Assembly: GCA_040402355.1 (NCBI GenBank)
Contig: JBBAMT010000002.1
Location: forward strand, 11,975 to 75,974
Direction of reading: 5' to 3'
DNA length: 64,000 bases
DNA from: Candidatus Planktophila sp.
GTDB lineage: Bacteria; Actinomycetota; Actinomycetes; Nanopelagicales; Nanopelagicaceae
Shown here: positions 52,087 through 62,586 of the stretch, piece after piece
How positions within the stretch are numbered: position 1 is the first letter of the stretch
Layout: every line of letters begins with the position of its first letter
Position numbers and translations under genes: made by a program
Notes under the pieces: generated by a model
Database searches by the model: none
Told to the model about the DNA's origin: nothing
Seen by the model: only the letters and a program-made list of their open reading frames with translations

Positions 52087-52896
52087 CTACCGCCTCTCTC
52101 TGATGATTCGGGTGAAGGCCGCCGCAGTTGAGATTGCGATGAGAAGAGATACGTATTGGTTGAGGCGTAGCCCCGCAAAGGAATGGGTGGCATCAATGCG
52201 TAGCCCCTCTATTACAAATCGTCCCAGGCAATAGAGAGCGATGTAGAGAGTAAAAATTGATCCACTCGGTAGGCGTTGTCTCAACCAGAGCAACAGTGAA
52301 GCGATGAGGAGACACCAGAGAGATTCATAGGCAAATGTGGGATGAAAAGTCGAGAAGTTTTCATAACCCAGAGGTCGCAGCGACTGAGGAATTTCCAGCG
52401 CCCATGGTGCGTTGAGAGGCTGGCCGAAGAGTTCGCCATTAAACCAATTGCCCCACCGCCCGATAGCTTGAGCCAGAAGAATTCCGGGAGCGAGTGCATC
52501 GGCAAAATCAGAGAAAGGCGGAAGCGATCGAGTACGACCCATTCTCCTGTAAGCCAGATACGCAGTCAGTGTCCCCAGTGCAATAGCGCCCCAAATTCCA
52601 AGTCCACCATTCCAGATCTTTACGACATCGAAAGGGTGCGCGCCGGCTCTAAAATAATTTTCGGGAGTTGTGGCAACGTGGTAAATCCTGCCGCCGATAA
52701 CACCTGCTGGAATGGCAAAGATTGCAACATCGCCGACTACACCCGATAAATCAGAGTGAGCGTTCGTAAATCTCTTATTGCCAAGCCAGATTGCAACGGC
52801 AATCCCAGCAATAATGCAGAGGGCGTAGAAATGAATGGTGAGCGGCCCAACTCCAACCTCCGAAATTGTCGGGGTTGGAATTGAGAAGCGCTCCAT
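52087..52896 (-). CDS. lgt: prolipoprotein diacylglyceryl transferase
   Basis: 269 aa with HFYALCIIAG, GGRIYH and GRWGNWFNGELFG. Confidence 0.94.
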   Translation of the reverse strand: MERFSIPTPTISEVGVGPLTIHFYALCIIAGIAVAIWLGNKRFTNAHSDLSGVVGDVAIFAIPAGVIGGRIYHVATTPENYFRAGAHPFDVVKIWNGGLGIWGAIALGTLTAYLAYRRMGRTRSLPPFSDFADALAPGILLAQAIGRWGNWFNGELFGQPLNAPWALEIPQSLRPLGYENFSTFHPTFAYESLWCLLIASLLLWLRQRLPSGSIFTLYIALYCLGRFVIEGLRIDATHSFAGLRLNQYVSLLIAISTAAAFTRIIRERR

Positions 52897-53567
52897 TATC
52901 CGCGTTCTACAGCGGCTTTAAATTTATCGGCGCTGAAGTACTCGCCATTGCGATCAATCTCTTTACCGTTGATAAAGACAGTTGGAGTCGAGTTCACATT
53001 TGCTTTCGCGCCCGCAGCTGCAACGTTATTGACCCAATCAGCGTATTGGCCACCTGTTACACAGGAGACAAATTTCTTCGACTGAATGCCTGCAGCCTGA
53101 CCAACAGCTGCGAGAGCTTCATTTGTCCATGCTCCAGTATTTTCAGCCGGCTGATTTGCATAGAGCGCACGGTGGTAATTTAAGAAGTTATCTTGATCTG
53201 CTGAGCAAGCAGCAGCATTTGCAGCGCGGACAGATTCAGGGCCTAAGAATGAGAGGGTGTGATAAACCACCTTCGCCTTCTTCTCTGTAATCAAAGATTC
53301 AATGTAATCCCCCTGCATCTTCTCAAATTGAGCACAGACGGGACATTGGAAATCTTCATAGATATCGATGACTGGAACGCTCTTGAGATCGGAATTGAAG
53401 GCGATTCCATACCCATTATCAGCAGAGACGCTCGCTGGAACTAGCGCAGATGAATTGGTCTTCTTGGAAAGAAGCGTTGGCACCAACATGATCATGACAA
53501 CTCCCACAACTACAGCAATAACGAGATTGCGAGTGAAGTTATCTTTTCCTGGTTTCTGATTAGCCAT
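52896..53567 (-). CDS. membrane-anchored DsbA-family thiol:disulfide oxidoreductase
   Basis: Start chosen at ATG 53567 (MANQKPG), with GGGGAAG upstream; the track start is 53582. N-terminal TM and a thioredoxin fold with FQCPVCAQF. Confidence 0.85.
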   Translation of the reverse strand: MANQKPGKDNFTRNLVIAVVVGVVMIMLVPTLLSKKTNSSALVPASVSADNGYGIAFNSDLKSVPVIDIYEDFQCPVCAQFEKMQGDYIESLITEKKAKVVYHTLSFLGPESVRAANAAACSADQDNFLNYHRALYANQPAENTGAWTNEALAAVGQAAGIQSKKFVSCVTGGQYADWVNNVAAAGAKANVNSTPTVFINGKEIDRNGEYFSADKFKAAVERG

Positions 53568-54036
53568 GGTTGTCTTCCCCATCTAATTTATGTCGGTCTA
53601 ATCCAAATTTACCTCGTGGATAGTAGAAAAGGTAAATCCCAAGAGCTGCGAGGCCACCATCACGCAGGAGATCGGGCAAGTAGCTCGCCGTTCCAGGCTC
53701 AACTTGTCCGCCTCCCCCGAAACATCCACAGTCGATTGATAGGCCGCGCGCCCACGCCTGTGAGATTCCAATAACAAAGGCCACCATGAGCGCCACCGAA
53801 ATAAAGGCGGAGATTCGCACTGCAGCACCAACGACCAAGAGTGCGCCCACTGCAATCTCTAAAAATGGAAGAACTATGCCGAGAAAGTTGGCTAGAGAAA
53901 TAGGCAGGAGTTCGTAAGCACGAACAGCCATCTGAGATTTATCAAGGTGTTGATATTTAAGAAGGCCTGCAGCCAATAGCACTCCACCTAAAATCAAGCG
54001 TGCAAGTAGCCCGAACCATGGTTGCAATTTCTTCAT
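53560..54036 (-). CDS. MauE/DoxX-family redox-associated membrane protein
   Basis: 158 aa with four TM segments and the CGCFGGGG motif. ATGA overlap with the trpA stop. Confidence 0.8.
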   Translation of the reverse strand: MKKLQPWFGLLARLILGGVLLAAGLLKYQHLDKSQMAVRAYELLPISLANFLGIVLPFLEIAVGALLVVGAAVRISAFISVALMVAFVIGISQAWARGLSIDCGCFGGGGQVEPGTASYLPDLLRDGGLAALGIYLFYYPRGKFGLDRHKLDGEDNHG

Positions 54037-54836
54037 CGTCCTTCACGTACTCCTAGCGCTAATTCAGAGGCAAGTTCGCGCACTGCCTTAATTCCACTCT
54101 CTTCATCAGGTGCATCGAGGAGCGCCTTGATAAAGGCCGAGCCAACAATGACTCCATCGGCATACCCAGCAACGTCCTTAGCTTGCTCGCGCGTTGAGAC
54201 TCCGAGTCCGACTGCGATAGGAAGTGAGGTGGTTGTACGAATGCGAGCAACGAGAGCTGGTGCACCAGATGAGACTGCAGTGCGTGTACCAGTAACCCCC
54301 ATCAAACTTGCTGCATATACAAACCCACCACATTGCGAAGTAACTTTTGGCAGACGGGAATCGGTGGTGCTCGGTGCAACAACATAGATGGGATTAATCT
54401 GCGAATTTCCTACGGCAGCTCTCCAAGGAGCAGACTCTTCGATTGTGAGGTCTGGGGTAATGACACCCGAACCACCGTTGTCGGAGATTGCTTGGGCAAA
54501 CTCTTGCGCGCCATATTTTTCAATCGGGTTCCAGTACGTCATTACGACAGCGGGAACACCTCCCTCGGTTGCAACCTTGAGCGCATCAAAGACTTCGCGG
54601 GCACCTGTGCCTTGTGACAGTGATTGATCTGCCGCTGCCTGAATTGTTGGTCCATCCATGACGGGATCGCTATAAGGGAAGCCGATTTCAATCGCATCTA
54701 CTCCGCCATCGATGAAAGCTTGGATTACCTTCTTGCAACCTTCGATCGTAGGAAAGCCTGCCGGAATATAAGCAATTAGCGCTGCGCGATTTTCGGCGCG
54801 CGTCTTGACGAAGAGATCATCGAGCGGGGTCGTCAT
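54033..54836 (-). CDS. trpA: tryptophan synthase alpha chain
   Basis: 267 aa with DAIEIGFPYSDPVMDGPTIQ and GVTG. Confidence 0.96.
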   Translation of the reverse strand: MTTPLDDLFVKTRAENRAALIAYIPAGFPTIEGCKKVIQAFIDGGVDAIEIGFPYSDPVMDGPTIQAAADQSLSQGTGAREVFDALKVATEGGVPAVVMTYWNPIEKYGAQEFAQAISDNGGSGVITPDLTIEESAPWRAAVGNSQINPIYVVAPSTTDSRLPKVTSQCGGFVYAASLMGVTGTRTAVSSGAPALVARIRTTTSLPIAVGLGVSTREQAKDVAGYADGVIVGSAFIKALLDAPDEESGIKAVRELASELALGVREGR

Positions 54837-56030
54837 TTACAGTGGAATTCCAAAGTATTGCGCTGCAGTCGTGACATCTTTATCGCCGCGGCCTGAGAAA
54901 TTGATCAAGATGATGGCGTCAGGCCCCAGCTCATTTCCAATCTGCATAGCGCCAGCAAGAGCGTGCGCCGTTTCAATGGCAGGAATGATTCCTTCAGTCT
55001 TCGACATCAGAGCAAAGGCATGCATCGCTTCAGCATCGGTGACTGCGCGATATTCAGCGCGGCCTATGTCATGGAGGTAGGCATGCTCTGGCCCTACACC
55101 TGGGTAATCCAGTCCTGCAGAAATCGAATGAGATTCAATGGTCTGACCGTTAGCATCTTGTAACACGTAAGTGCGATTTCCATGAAGAACTCCGGGAGTT
55201 CCTCCTGTGATTGTCGCGGCATGTCGACCCGTTTCAACTCCATCGCCAGCTGCTTCAAGTCCAATGAGGCGAACACCTTCATCTGAGATGAAGCGATGGA
55301 AGATTCCGATTGCGTTAGAGCCGCCACCTACACACGCAAGTACTGCATCAGGCAAACGTCCTGTGAGCGCAAGAACCTGCTCGCGTGACTCTTCGCCGAT
55401 AATTTTATGGAAATCACGGACCATGGATGGGAATGGGTGCGGGCCCGCAACAGTGCCGAGCAGATAATGCGTTGTCTCGACATTGGTGACCCAATCGCGC
55501 ATCGCTTCATTAATTGCATCTTTGAGAGTGCGAGATCCCGATGTCACTGGAATTACTTCAGCGCCCAACAATTTCATACGTGCAACGTTGAGAGATTGTC
55601 GCTTGGTATCTTCCTCGCCCATATAGACAACGCATTCGAGTCCCATGAGGGCGGCAGCTGTTGCAGATGCAACTCCATGTTGACCTGCGCCGGTTTCAGC
55701 GATGATGCGCTTCTTGCCCATGCGCTTGGTAAGAAGTGCCTGACCTAAAACGTTATTAATTTTATGACTGCCAGTGTGGTTGAGATCTTCGCGCTTGAGA
55801 ATGATGCGCGCTCCCCCAGCATGTTCGGCGAAGCGCTTAGCTTCAGTGATGATGCTTGGTCGACCGGTATAGGTGCGATGGAGTTCAGCAAGCTCTGCAA
55901 TAAATGTGGGATCAGTCTGCGCGGCAATACGCACCGCATCTAACTCTTCGAGTGCGCCGATAAGAGCTTCAGGTACAAAGCGCCCACCATATGGGCCAAA
56001 GTGGCCAGTGAAATTATCGACTGTAGTCAT
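54837..56030 (-). CDS. trpB: tryptophan synthase beta chain
   Basis: 397 aa with [16 protein letters not shown] (PLP lysine) and GGGSNAIG. Confidence 0.98.
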   Translation of the reverse strand: MTTVDNFTGHFGPYGGRFVPEALIGALEELDAVRIAAQTDPTFIAELAELHRTYTGRPSIITEAKRFAEHAGGARIILKREDLNHTGSHKINNVLGQALLTKRMGKKRIIAETGAGQHGVASATAAALMGLECVVYMGEEDTKRQSLNVARMKLLGAEVIPVTSGSRTLKDAINEAMRDWVTNVETTHYLLGTVAGPHPFPSMVRDFHKIIGEESREQVLALTGRLPDAVLACVGGGSNAIGIFHRFISDEGVRLIGLEAAGDGVETGRHAATITGGTPGVLHGNRTYVLQDANGQTIESHSISAGLDYPGVGPEHAYLHDIGRAEYRAVTDAEAMHAFALMSKTEGIIPAIETAHALAGAMQIGNELGPDAIILINFSGRGDKDVTTAAQYFGIPL

Positions 56031-56039
56031 GGTGAAAGA

Positions 56040-56813
56040 CTACCCGCGACCTAATAGGTCGCGCATGGCAGAAATCGGATCTCCCGATTTCACAAGGGTT
56101 TCTCCGACTAATATCGTCGTAGCGCCTGATTTTTGAGCGACTTCAACATCAGAACGGGTGGCTATTCCAGATTCGGCGACTCGAATCACAGACGATGGAA
56201 TCTGCGGAATCAACTCAATAAAGGCTGCGCTATCTACCTCAAGCGTCTTCAGGTTACGAGAGTTGACCCCAACGATGCGGGGATCAATCTCCATGGCGCT
56301 CTCCAGCTCTTGAGCGGTATGAACTTCAACCAAAGATGCCATACCAAGCTCTGTTGCAAGATCGAAGAAATCTTTGAGCTGGCTCTTGGAAAGTGCGGCA
56401 ACGATGAGAAGCACAACATCTGCGCCATGTGCGCGCGCTTCAAAGAATTGATACTCATCCACCATAAAATCTTTGCGAAGAACTGGGATAGAGACGCGTT
56501 TGCGCACTGCATCAAGATCATCAAGAGATCCTCCAAAGCGGCGGCGTTCGGTGAGGACGCTCACTACTGCAGCACCCGCTTCTTGATACTGCTCGGCAAG
56601 GGAAGCTGGATCGGTAATCGATGCCAGCGCACCCTTACTCGGAGAAGAACGCTTCACTTCAGCGATGACATTCATCTCATCGCGAGTGAGAAATGCATAC
56701 GTATCTAGTGCTGGAGCGGTCTGTTCCATGCGTTGATGAATCTGCACCAACGGAAGTCTGCGGGCAGCAAGATCTTCGCGCACACCTTCGATGATTGAGT
56801 CGAGAACGCTCAC
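56040..56813 (-). CDS. trpC: indole-3-glycerol phosphate synthase (GTG start)
   Basis: 257 aa with IAEVKRSSPSKG, LRKDF and GVNSRNL. Confidence 0.95.
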   Translation of the reverse strand: MSVLDSIIEGVREDLAARRLPLVQIHQRMEQTAPALDTYAFLTRDEMNVIAEVKRSSPSKGALASITDPASLAEQYQEAGAAVVSVLTERRRFGGSLDDLDAVRKRVSIPVLRKDFMVDEYQFFEARAHGADVVLLIVAALSKSQLKDFFDLATELGMASLVEVHTAQELESAMEIDPRIVGVNSRNLKTLEVDSAAFIELIPQIPSSVIRVAESGIATRSDVEVAQKSGATTILVGETLVKSGDPISAMRDLLGRG

Positions 56814-56983
56814 TCTAAACCTCTGTGATTCTCATCCGTCGTTGGATCGATTCCCTTATCCATCGAATTCCACGGCGATAACTTCTTGGGGGTTCGTTCG
56901 TAGCGCGCAGAGAGTCTGATGCGACGGCTAATCGATATCGCTATGACGGCAACAACAAGGAGAGAGATTCCAATTTTTAACAT
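56810..56983 (-). CDS. 57-codon single-TM small protein coupled between trpE and trpC
   Basis: Below the track length cut-off; hand translation gives [57 protein letters not shown]. Its ATG overlaps the trpE stop (TAATG) and its TGA overlaps the trpC GTG (GTGA). Confidence 0.5.
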   Translation of the reverse strand: MLKIGISLLVVAVIAISISRRIRLSARYERTPKKLSPWNSMDKGIDPTTDENHRGLE

Positions 56984-58467
56984 TAGCTTCGCTGCAATTC
57001 ATTTGCTGCAGCAATTGATCCAAGTACTGCAGCTGCCTTATTGAGAGTCTCTTCATTCTCTGACGCTGGATCTGAATCTGCAACAAGTCCAGCACCTGCT
57101 TGAACGTAGGCAACTCCCTTGTAAAGGAGGGCGGTACGAATCGCAATGCAGGTATCGATATTGCCTGTGAAATCGAGGTACCCAATTGCGCCACCATAAA
57201 GTCCACGGCGGGTAGGTTCGAGCGATTCAATGATTTCCATGGCGCGCGGCTTCGGGGCCCCCGAGAGAGTTCCGGCGGGAAAGACGGAGAAGAGTGCATC
57301 GATAGGAGTTGAGTTCTTATCCAACTTTCCAACGACGGTGGAGACAATATGCATGACATGTGAGTAGCGCTCGATATGCATAAAGTCGATTACTTCAACG
57401 GTTCCGGGTGCGCAGACGCGCCCCAAATCGTTACGACCTAAATCAACGAGCATCAAATGTTCTGCGCGCTCTTTCGGATCTGCCAAGAGCTCTTCCCCGA
57501 GTCGAATATCTTCTTCAACAGATGCTGAACGGCGACGGGTTCCAGCGATGGGGTGAACCATGACCTCTTCGCCAGTTACCTTGACGAGCGCTTCTGGGCT
57601 GGATCCCACAACTTCAATGCCATCTTCAAATCTAAAGAGATACATGTAGGGGCTGGGATTGTTGAGGCGCAGCATGCGATAGACATCAAGTGCATCAGCG
57701 CTACATGGCATAGCAAAACGTTGCGAGAGAACAATTTGGAATGCTTCCCCTGCTCGGATCTCTTCCTTTGCAACTTCCACCTTCGACATAAATTGATCGG
57801 CAGTCATATTGCGCGCAAACTCTGGCTTTGTCTTAGCCGGTATCTGAGAAACATCTCCAGCAAGCGGCACAAGAAGTTCTGCTTGCATTCGGTCGAGGCG
57901 TATGACCGCATCAGCATGTGACTCATCAATGCGTTCATTAGATCCATCCCAGTTGATGGCATTGGCAATAAGCGTGATTGTTCCTTCGCTGTGATCCATC
58001 ACAGCTAAATCACTCGTTAACATAAATGCAATTTCAGGAAGTTCTATATCTTTCAGCGCTTGAGTTGAGATCTTTTCGAGGCGTCGCACGGCGTCGTAGC
58101 CCATGTAGCCAACCAGGCCACCTGTGAGAGTTGGCAGACCTGCAATCTTTGGTGACTTCAAATGAGAAACGGTCTTGCGCAGCGCTTCAAGCGGATTCAT
58201 ACCTGTCGGAACTCCGGCTGGTGGTTTTCCTATCCACACAGCTACGCCATCTTTCTCAGTCAACGTTGTCTGGCTATGTGCCCCGATAAATGAGTAGCGC
58301 GACCAGACTCCCCCATGTTCGGCAGATTCGAGGAGAAATGTGCCGGGAAGGTTCTTCGCTAACTTTCTATAAACGTTAAGGGGTGTTTCTCCATCTGCCA
58401 ATAATTTGCGGTAGACCGGGATGACATTGTTGCTCTTCGCAAATTCGCGAAACTCTTCAATCTTCAT
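56983..58467 (-). CDS. trpE: anthranilate synthase component I
   Basis: 494 aa with LLESAEHG and the chorismate-binding C-terminal half ([17 protein letters not shown]). Confidence 0.96.
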   Translation of the reverse strand: MKIEEFREFAKSNNVIPVYRKLLADGETPLNVYRKLAKNLPGTFLLESAEHGGVWSRYSFIGAHSQTTLTEKDGVAVWIGKPPAGVPTGMNPLEALRKTVSHLKSPKIAGLPTLTGGLVGYMGYDAVRRLEKISTQALKDIELPEIAFMLTSDLAVMDHSEGTITLIANAINWDGSNERIDESHADAVIRLDRMQAELLVPLAGDVSQIPAKTKPEFARNMTADQFMSKVEVAKEEIRAGEAFQIVLSQRFAMPCSADALDVYRMLRLNNPSPYMYLFRFEDGIEVVGSSPEALVKVTGEEVMVHPIAGTRRRSASVEEDIRLGEELLADPKERAEHLMLVDLGRNDLGRVCAPGTVEVIDFMHIERYSHVMHIVSTVVGKLDKNSTPIDALFSVFPAGTLSGAPKPRAMEIIESLEPTRRGLYGGAIGYLDFTGNIDTCIAIRTALLYKGVAYVQAGAGLVADSDPASENEETLNKAAAVLGSIAAANELQRS

Positions 58468-58808
58468 TTATCAAGCTCTAACTCTCTATGAAAACAGGAG
58501 CGATCGCCGGTGTGGCAAGCAGCGCCCACTTGTTCTACGGCAAGGAGCAGAGCATCTCCATCGCAGTCGATGGAGATTGCGTGAACTAATTGAGTGTGGC
58601 CAGATGTCGCACCCTTTTCCCAGAGTTCATTGCGACTGCGCGACCAATATGTTGCTCGCCCTGTGGCAAGAGTTGCCGCCAAGGATTGAGAGTTCATGTA
58701 GGCCAACATCAGAACTTCACCTGACTTGTGATCCTGGGCGATTGCCGGAATAAGAGCTAATGGCTCATTGAGGAGCGCAGCAATCTCTGGATTCAGGGCG
58801 ACACTCAT
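58464..58808 (-). CDS. hisI: phosphoribosyl-AMP cyclohydrolase
   Basis: 114 aa with [17 protein letters not shown] and CDGDALL ... CHTG. 4-nt overlap with trpE. Confidence 0.95.
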   Translation of the reverse strand: MSVALNPEIAALLNEPLALIPAIAQDHKSGEVLMLAYMNSQSLAATLATGRATYWSRSRNELWEKGATSGHTQLVHAISIDCDGDALLLAVEQVGAACHTGDRSCFHRELELDK

Positions 58809-58822
58809 GTTCCTATTCTGCC

Positions 58823-59596
58823 TTAGACAGAGTGCGCATTGCGCACCGAATAGTTATGACTGGAAAGGTACTTCTTTACATCTGATATGCGGTGAATTCC
58901 GAAGTGGAAGACGCTCGCCGCCAGCAGGGCGTCGGCGCCGGCGTCGATAGCAGATGCAAAGTCCTCGAGGGTTCCGGCTCCTCCACTTGCTATGAGTGGA
59001 ACTGTAGAAATCGCACGAACGGCTGTGATCATTCCGATGTCATACCCGGCGCGCGTTCCATCTGCATCCATGGAGTTGAGAAGAATCTCTCCCACGCCAA
59101 GCGCGCATGCTTTTTCAACCCAAGTAAGTGCATCGATACCTGCGCTATCTCGTCCACCATGGGTTGTCACTTCAAAGCCAGAATCAGTACGCGCTCTGCG
59201 AGCATCAACGGAGAGAACTAGCACCTGTGAACCGAAACGATCTGCAATCTCTGCAATGAGCTCCGGGCGAGCTAGGGCTGCCGTATTTATAGAAACTTTA
59301 TCTGCCCCTGCCCGAAGTATGCGATCTACATCCTCAACGGTACGAATTCCTCCGCCGACGGTAAGAGGGATAAATACTTGCTCGGCAGTTTTGCGTACGA
59401 TATCGAGAGTCGTCTCGCGCCCGACAACACTTGCGGAAATATCGAGGAAGGTGAGTTCATCTGCGCCTTCTCTTCCATAGAGCGCCGCCATCTCAACCGG
59501 ATCACCAGCATCGACGAGATCGGTGAAGTTAACGCCTTTGACGACGCGACCATCGGTGACATCAAGGCAGGCGATGATGCGAGTGGAGAGGGTCAT
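58823..59596 (-). CDS. hisF: imidazole glycerol phosphate synthase cyclase subunit
   Basis: 257 aa with [17 protein letters not shown] and ASGGAG. Confidence 0.97.
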   Translation of the reverse strand: MTLSTRIIACLDVTDGRVVKGVNFTDLVDAGDPVEMAALYGREGADELTFLDISASVVGRETTLDIVRKTAEQVFIPLTVGGGIRTVEDVDRILRAGADKVSINTAALARPELIAEIADRFGSQVLVLSVDARRARTDSGFEVTTHGGRDSAGIDALTWVEKACALGVGEILLNSMDADGTRAGYDIGMITAVRAISTVPLIASGGAGTLEDFASAIDAGADALLAASVFHFGIHRISDVKKYLSSHNYSVRNAHSV

Positions 59597-60318
59597 CGTT
59601 TCGTTAGCTCTAACGCTTCTTGCAGAGTAAATGCTCCGGCATAGAGAGCTTTACCAACGATCGCACCTTCTACTCCTACAGAATTGAGCGAGACAAGGGC
59701 GGCAATATCTGCAAGGGAAGAAATTCCACCCGATGCAATAACTGGTTTACGTGTTACGGCACAGACTTCTGTCAGTAGCTCAAGATTGGGTCCTTGCAGA
59801 GTTCCATCTTTGGTGACATCAGTGACAACATAACGAGAACATCCATCACGTTCGAGGCGCTCGATAGTTTCAAAGAGATCGCCGCCTTCCTGTGTCCAGC
59901 CTCGCGCTGCCAGAACATGGCCCCGCACATCAAGGCCTACTGCGATGCGATCACCGAATTCGGCGATGACCTTGGCGGTCCATTTAGGATCTTCTAACGC
60001 TGCTGTTCCAAGATTGACGCGCCGACACCCTGTTGCAAGGGCGCGACGTAGTGAATCGTCATCACGGATGCCGCCTGACAATTCGACTTTGATATCGAGC
60101 TTTCCCACAACCTCTGCAAGGAGGGCGCTATTTTCTCCGCGGCCAAATGCAGCATCGAGATCGACGAGGTGCAACCACTCGGCACCAGCTGCTTGAAACT
60201 CAAGGGCGACCTCGAGTGGATTTCCATACGCTGTCTCAGCAGCAAGCTCACCTTGAACAAGTCGGACGGCGCGTCCATCTTTAACATCTACTGCTGGAAG
60301 TAGCTCTAGGTAACTCAT
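59593..60318 (-). CDS. priA: ProFAR isomerase, expected bifunctional PriA (HisA/TrpF) type
   Basis: Start chosen at ATG 60318 ([20 protein letters not shown]), giving an ATGA overlap with hisH. No trpF is present in the adjacent trp cluster, and PriA is the norm in Actinobacteria. Confidence 0.9.
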   Translation of the reverse strand: MSYLELLPAVDVKDGRAVRLVQGELAAETAYGNPLEVALEFQAAGAEWLHLVDLDAAFGRGENSALLAEVVGKLDIKVELSGGIRDDDSLRRALATGCRRVNLGTAALEDPKWTAKVIAEFGDRIAVGLDVRGHVLAARGWTQEGGDLFETIERLERDGCSRYVVTDVTKDGTLQGPNLELLTEVCAVTRKPVIASGGISSLADIAALVSLNSVGVEGAIVGKALYAGAFTLQEALELTKR

Positions 60319-60908
60319 AACCCATCCGTCCAATTCTTAATCAGATGTAACCCGGCATCTCCAGATTTCTCAGGATGGAATTGAGTAGCTGCAATCACTC
60401 CATCTTCAACTGCCGCTAAGAAATCTTCGCCGTAGTGAGACATCGTTGCAATGGCACCGACCTTATTCTTCACAGCATAGGAATGTACGAAGTAGAAAGA
60501 TTCATCTGCGACGCCTTTGAAGAGCGCGCTATCTGCACCCGCTGAGACAGTATTCCAGCCCATATGCGGCAAAATGGGAGCATCTAACTTCTCAACGCGC
60601 GCATCCCAGACCCCAACTCCAGCATGGTCTCCATGTTCAACACCGTGAGCAAAGAGAATCTGCATTCCAACACAGATTCCAAGTGTTGGACGCTTGAGGG
60701 CAATACGTTCGCGTACCAGTTGATCTCCTCGTATTCCGACAAGTCCTTGCATGCAGGCGGCGAAAGCTCCGACACCGGGCACCACCAAACCATCTGCGTT
60801 GAGTGCAATGACGTAATCGGATGTGATGGTGACATCTCTGCCAGTAGTTTCAAAGGCGCGTTGCGCTGAGCGGAGATTGCCAGAACCGTAATCGAGAATT
60901 GCAATCAC
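60315..60908 (-). CDS. hisH: imidazole glycerol phosphate synthase glutaminase subunit
   Basis: 197 aa with [13 protein letters not shown], the GICVGMQ nucleophile cysteine and FHPEKS. Confidence 0.96.
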   Translation of the reverse strand: MIAILDYGSGNLRSAQRAFETTGRDVTITSDYVIALNADGLVVPGVGAFAACMQGLVGIRGDQLVRERIALKRPTLGICVGMQILFAHGVEHGDHAGVGVWDARVEKLDAPILPHMGWNTVSAGADSALFKGVADESFYFVHSYAVKNKVGAIATMSHYGEDFLAAVEDGVIAATQFHPEKSGDAGLHLIKNWTDGL

Positions 60909-60913
60909 GAACG

Positions 60914-61501
60914 TTAGAGCGAACCTTTTGTTGAAGGGATTCCAGTAACTCGACTATCGATTGCAACAGCATCACGAAGTGCGCGGGCAACTGCCTTAAA
61001 TTGCGCTTCAAAAACATGGTGGGCATTGCGACCTTCAAGGACGCGCACATGGAGTGCAATGCGGGCTTCGGCAACAATGGATTCCCAGATATGTTTTCCA
61101 AGAGTTGTATCAAATGTGCCAATGAGTTCCACAATTTCAGGTTGGCGATGCACGAGGTAGGGACGACCCGATAGATCGACAGCTGCCTGCACGAGCACTT
61201 CATCAAGTGGAACCATCGCATCACCAAAGCGGCGAATGCCCACCTTGTCTCCGAGAGCTTCGCGCAGCGCCTGACCAAATGCAAGAGAGGTATCTTCGAC
61301 AGTGTGGTGTGAATCAACATCGACGTCGCCCGTTGTCTTTACGGTGAGGTTAAATCCAGAGTGCTTACCGAGCTGGCTGAGCATGTGGTCGAAGAATGGC
61401 ACTCCGGTATCAACTGAAATCTCGCCAGTTCCATCAAGATTGAGCTCTACAAGAACGCCCGACTCTTTCGTTGTGCGTTCGACTCGTGATGTTCTGCTCA
61501 T
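60914..61501 (-). CDS. hisB: imidazoleglycerol-phosphate dehydratase
   Basis: Start chosen at ATG 61501 ([14 protein letters not shown]), giving an ATGA overlap with the hisC stop; the track start is 61516. Contains the DSHHTVED and NAHH motifs. Confidence 0.94.
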   Translation of the reverse strand: MSRTSRVERTTKESGVLVELNLDGTGEISVDTGVPFFDHMLSQLGKHSGFNLTVKTTGDVDVDSHHTVEDTSLAFGQALREALGDKVGIRRFGDAMVPLDEVLVQAAVDLSGRPYLVHRQPEIVELIGTFDTTLGKHIWESIVAEARIALHVRVLEGRNAHHVFEAQFKAVARALRDAVAIDSRVTGIPSTKGSL

Positions 61502-62586
61502 TTTTCTCCCAGGCATGCCGCTAGCGTTGAAATAAATTTGGTATTTTCGGCTTCATTGCCAATGGTGACTCTTAGGTAGCCCAATAATCCCACATCTCTG
61601 ATGAGAACTCCCCTATCGAGCATCGCCTGCCAGAGCTGCGGTGAGGTCATAGGAAAACCTCCGAAGAGGAGAAAGTTTGAAGCGCTCGGGATGACGCTCA
61701 GACCCATCTCGGTGAGTTGCGCTGCGACGCGATCGCGATCGGTGCGCAACTGAGCAACAGTTCCAAGAAGTTCATCCTTAAAATCAAGAGCGACTTCACC
61801 GGCAGCTTGGGTCAGTGCGCTGAGGTGATACGGCAAGCGAACCAAGAACATGGCAGCGATGACGGCGGAATCCGCGACGAGGTATCCAAGGCGAACACCG
61901 GCAAAGGCAAATGCTTTGCTCATCGTGCGAATGACGACAATATGCGGGTACTTCTCAATAAGCATCACAGCCGATATCTCATCCGAAAATTCGGCATATG
62001 CCTCATCAATAACGAGAAGTCCTGATGTTGCCTTAGCAATCTTCTCTATCTCATCGATTGTAATTGAGGAACCTGTTGGATTATTAGGTGTTGTGATGAA
62101 GGTGAGAGTTGGCTTCTCACGTTGAATCTGCGCAATGGCTGCATCGATATCAAGAGTGAAATCTTCACGGCGATTTCCATTAATCCATTGAACCTGCGTG
62201 ACCTTTGCAATTAATGGGTGCATGGAATATGAAGGGGTGAAACCAAGCGCTACTCCACCGCCGAATGCAAGGAAGAGCGATTGGATAATCTCGTTACTGC
62301 CATTTGCTGCCCACAGGTTCTTGGAGAGAAAATCAGTTCCAGATAACCCATTGATGAACTCTGCAAGCTTGGTGCGCAATACAACGGCATCGCGATCTGG
62401 ATAGCGATTGAGTGTGAGAGCTACTTCGGAAACTCGAGAGGAAATTGCACTAGCAAGCGCTGATGAAGGTGCATAGGGATTCTCATTGGTATTCATCACC
62501 GCATCGGCTGGTAGTTGTGGCGCACCATACGGTGAGAGTTCAGTTAGATTCTGGCGAAGAGGAAGCCAGGCTGGCCACTGATTCAT
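61498..62586 (-). CDS. hisC: histidinol-phosphate aminotransferase
   Basis: 362-aa class II aminotransferase with NENPY and [15 protein letters not shown] (PLP lysine). Confidence 0.95.
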   Translation of the reverse strand: MNQWPAWLPLRQNLTELSPYGAPQLPADAVMNTNENPYAPSSALASAISSRVSEVALTLNRYPDRDAVVLRTKLAEFINGLSGTDFLSKNLWAANGSNEIIQSLFLAFGGGVALGFTPSYSMHPLIAKVTQVQWINGNRREDFTLDIDAAIAQIQREKPTLTFITTPNNPTGSSITIDEIEKIAKATSGLLVIDEAYAEFSDEISAVMLIEKYPHIVVIRTMSKAFAFAGVRLGYLVADSAVIAAMFLVRLPYHLSALTQAAGEVALDFKDELLGTVAQLRTDRDRVAAQLTEMGLSVIPSASNFLLFGGFPMTSPQLWQAMLDRGVLIRDVGLLGYLRVTIGNEAENTKFISTLAACLGEK

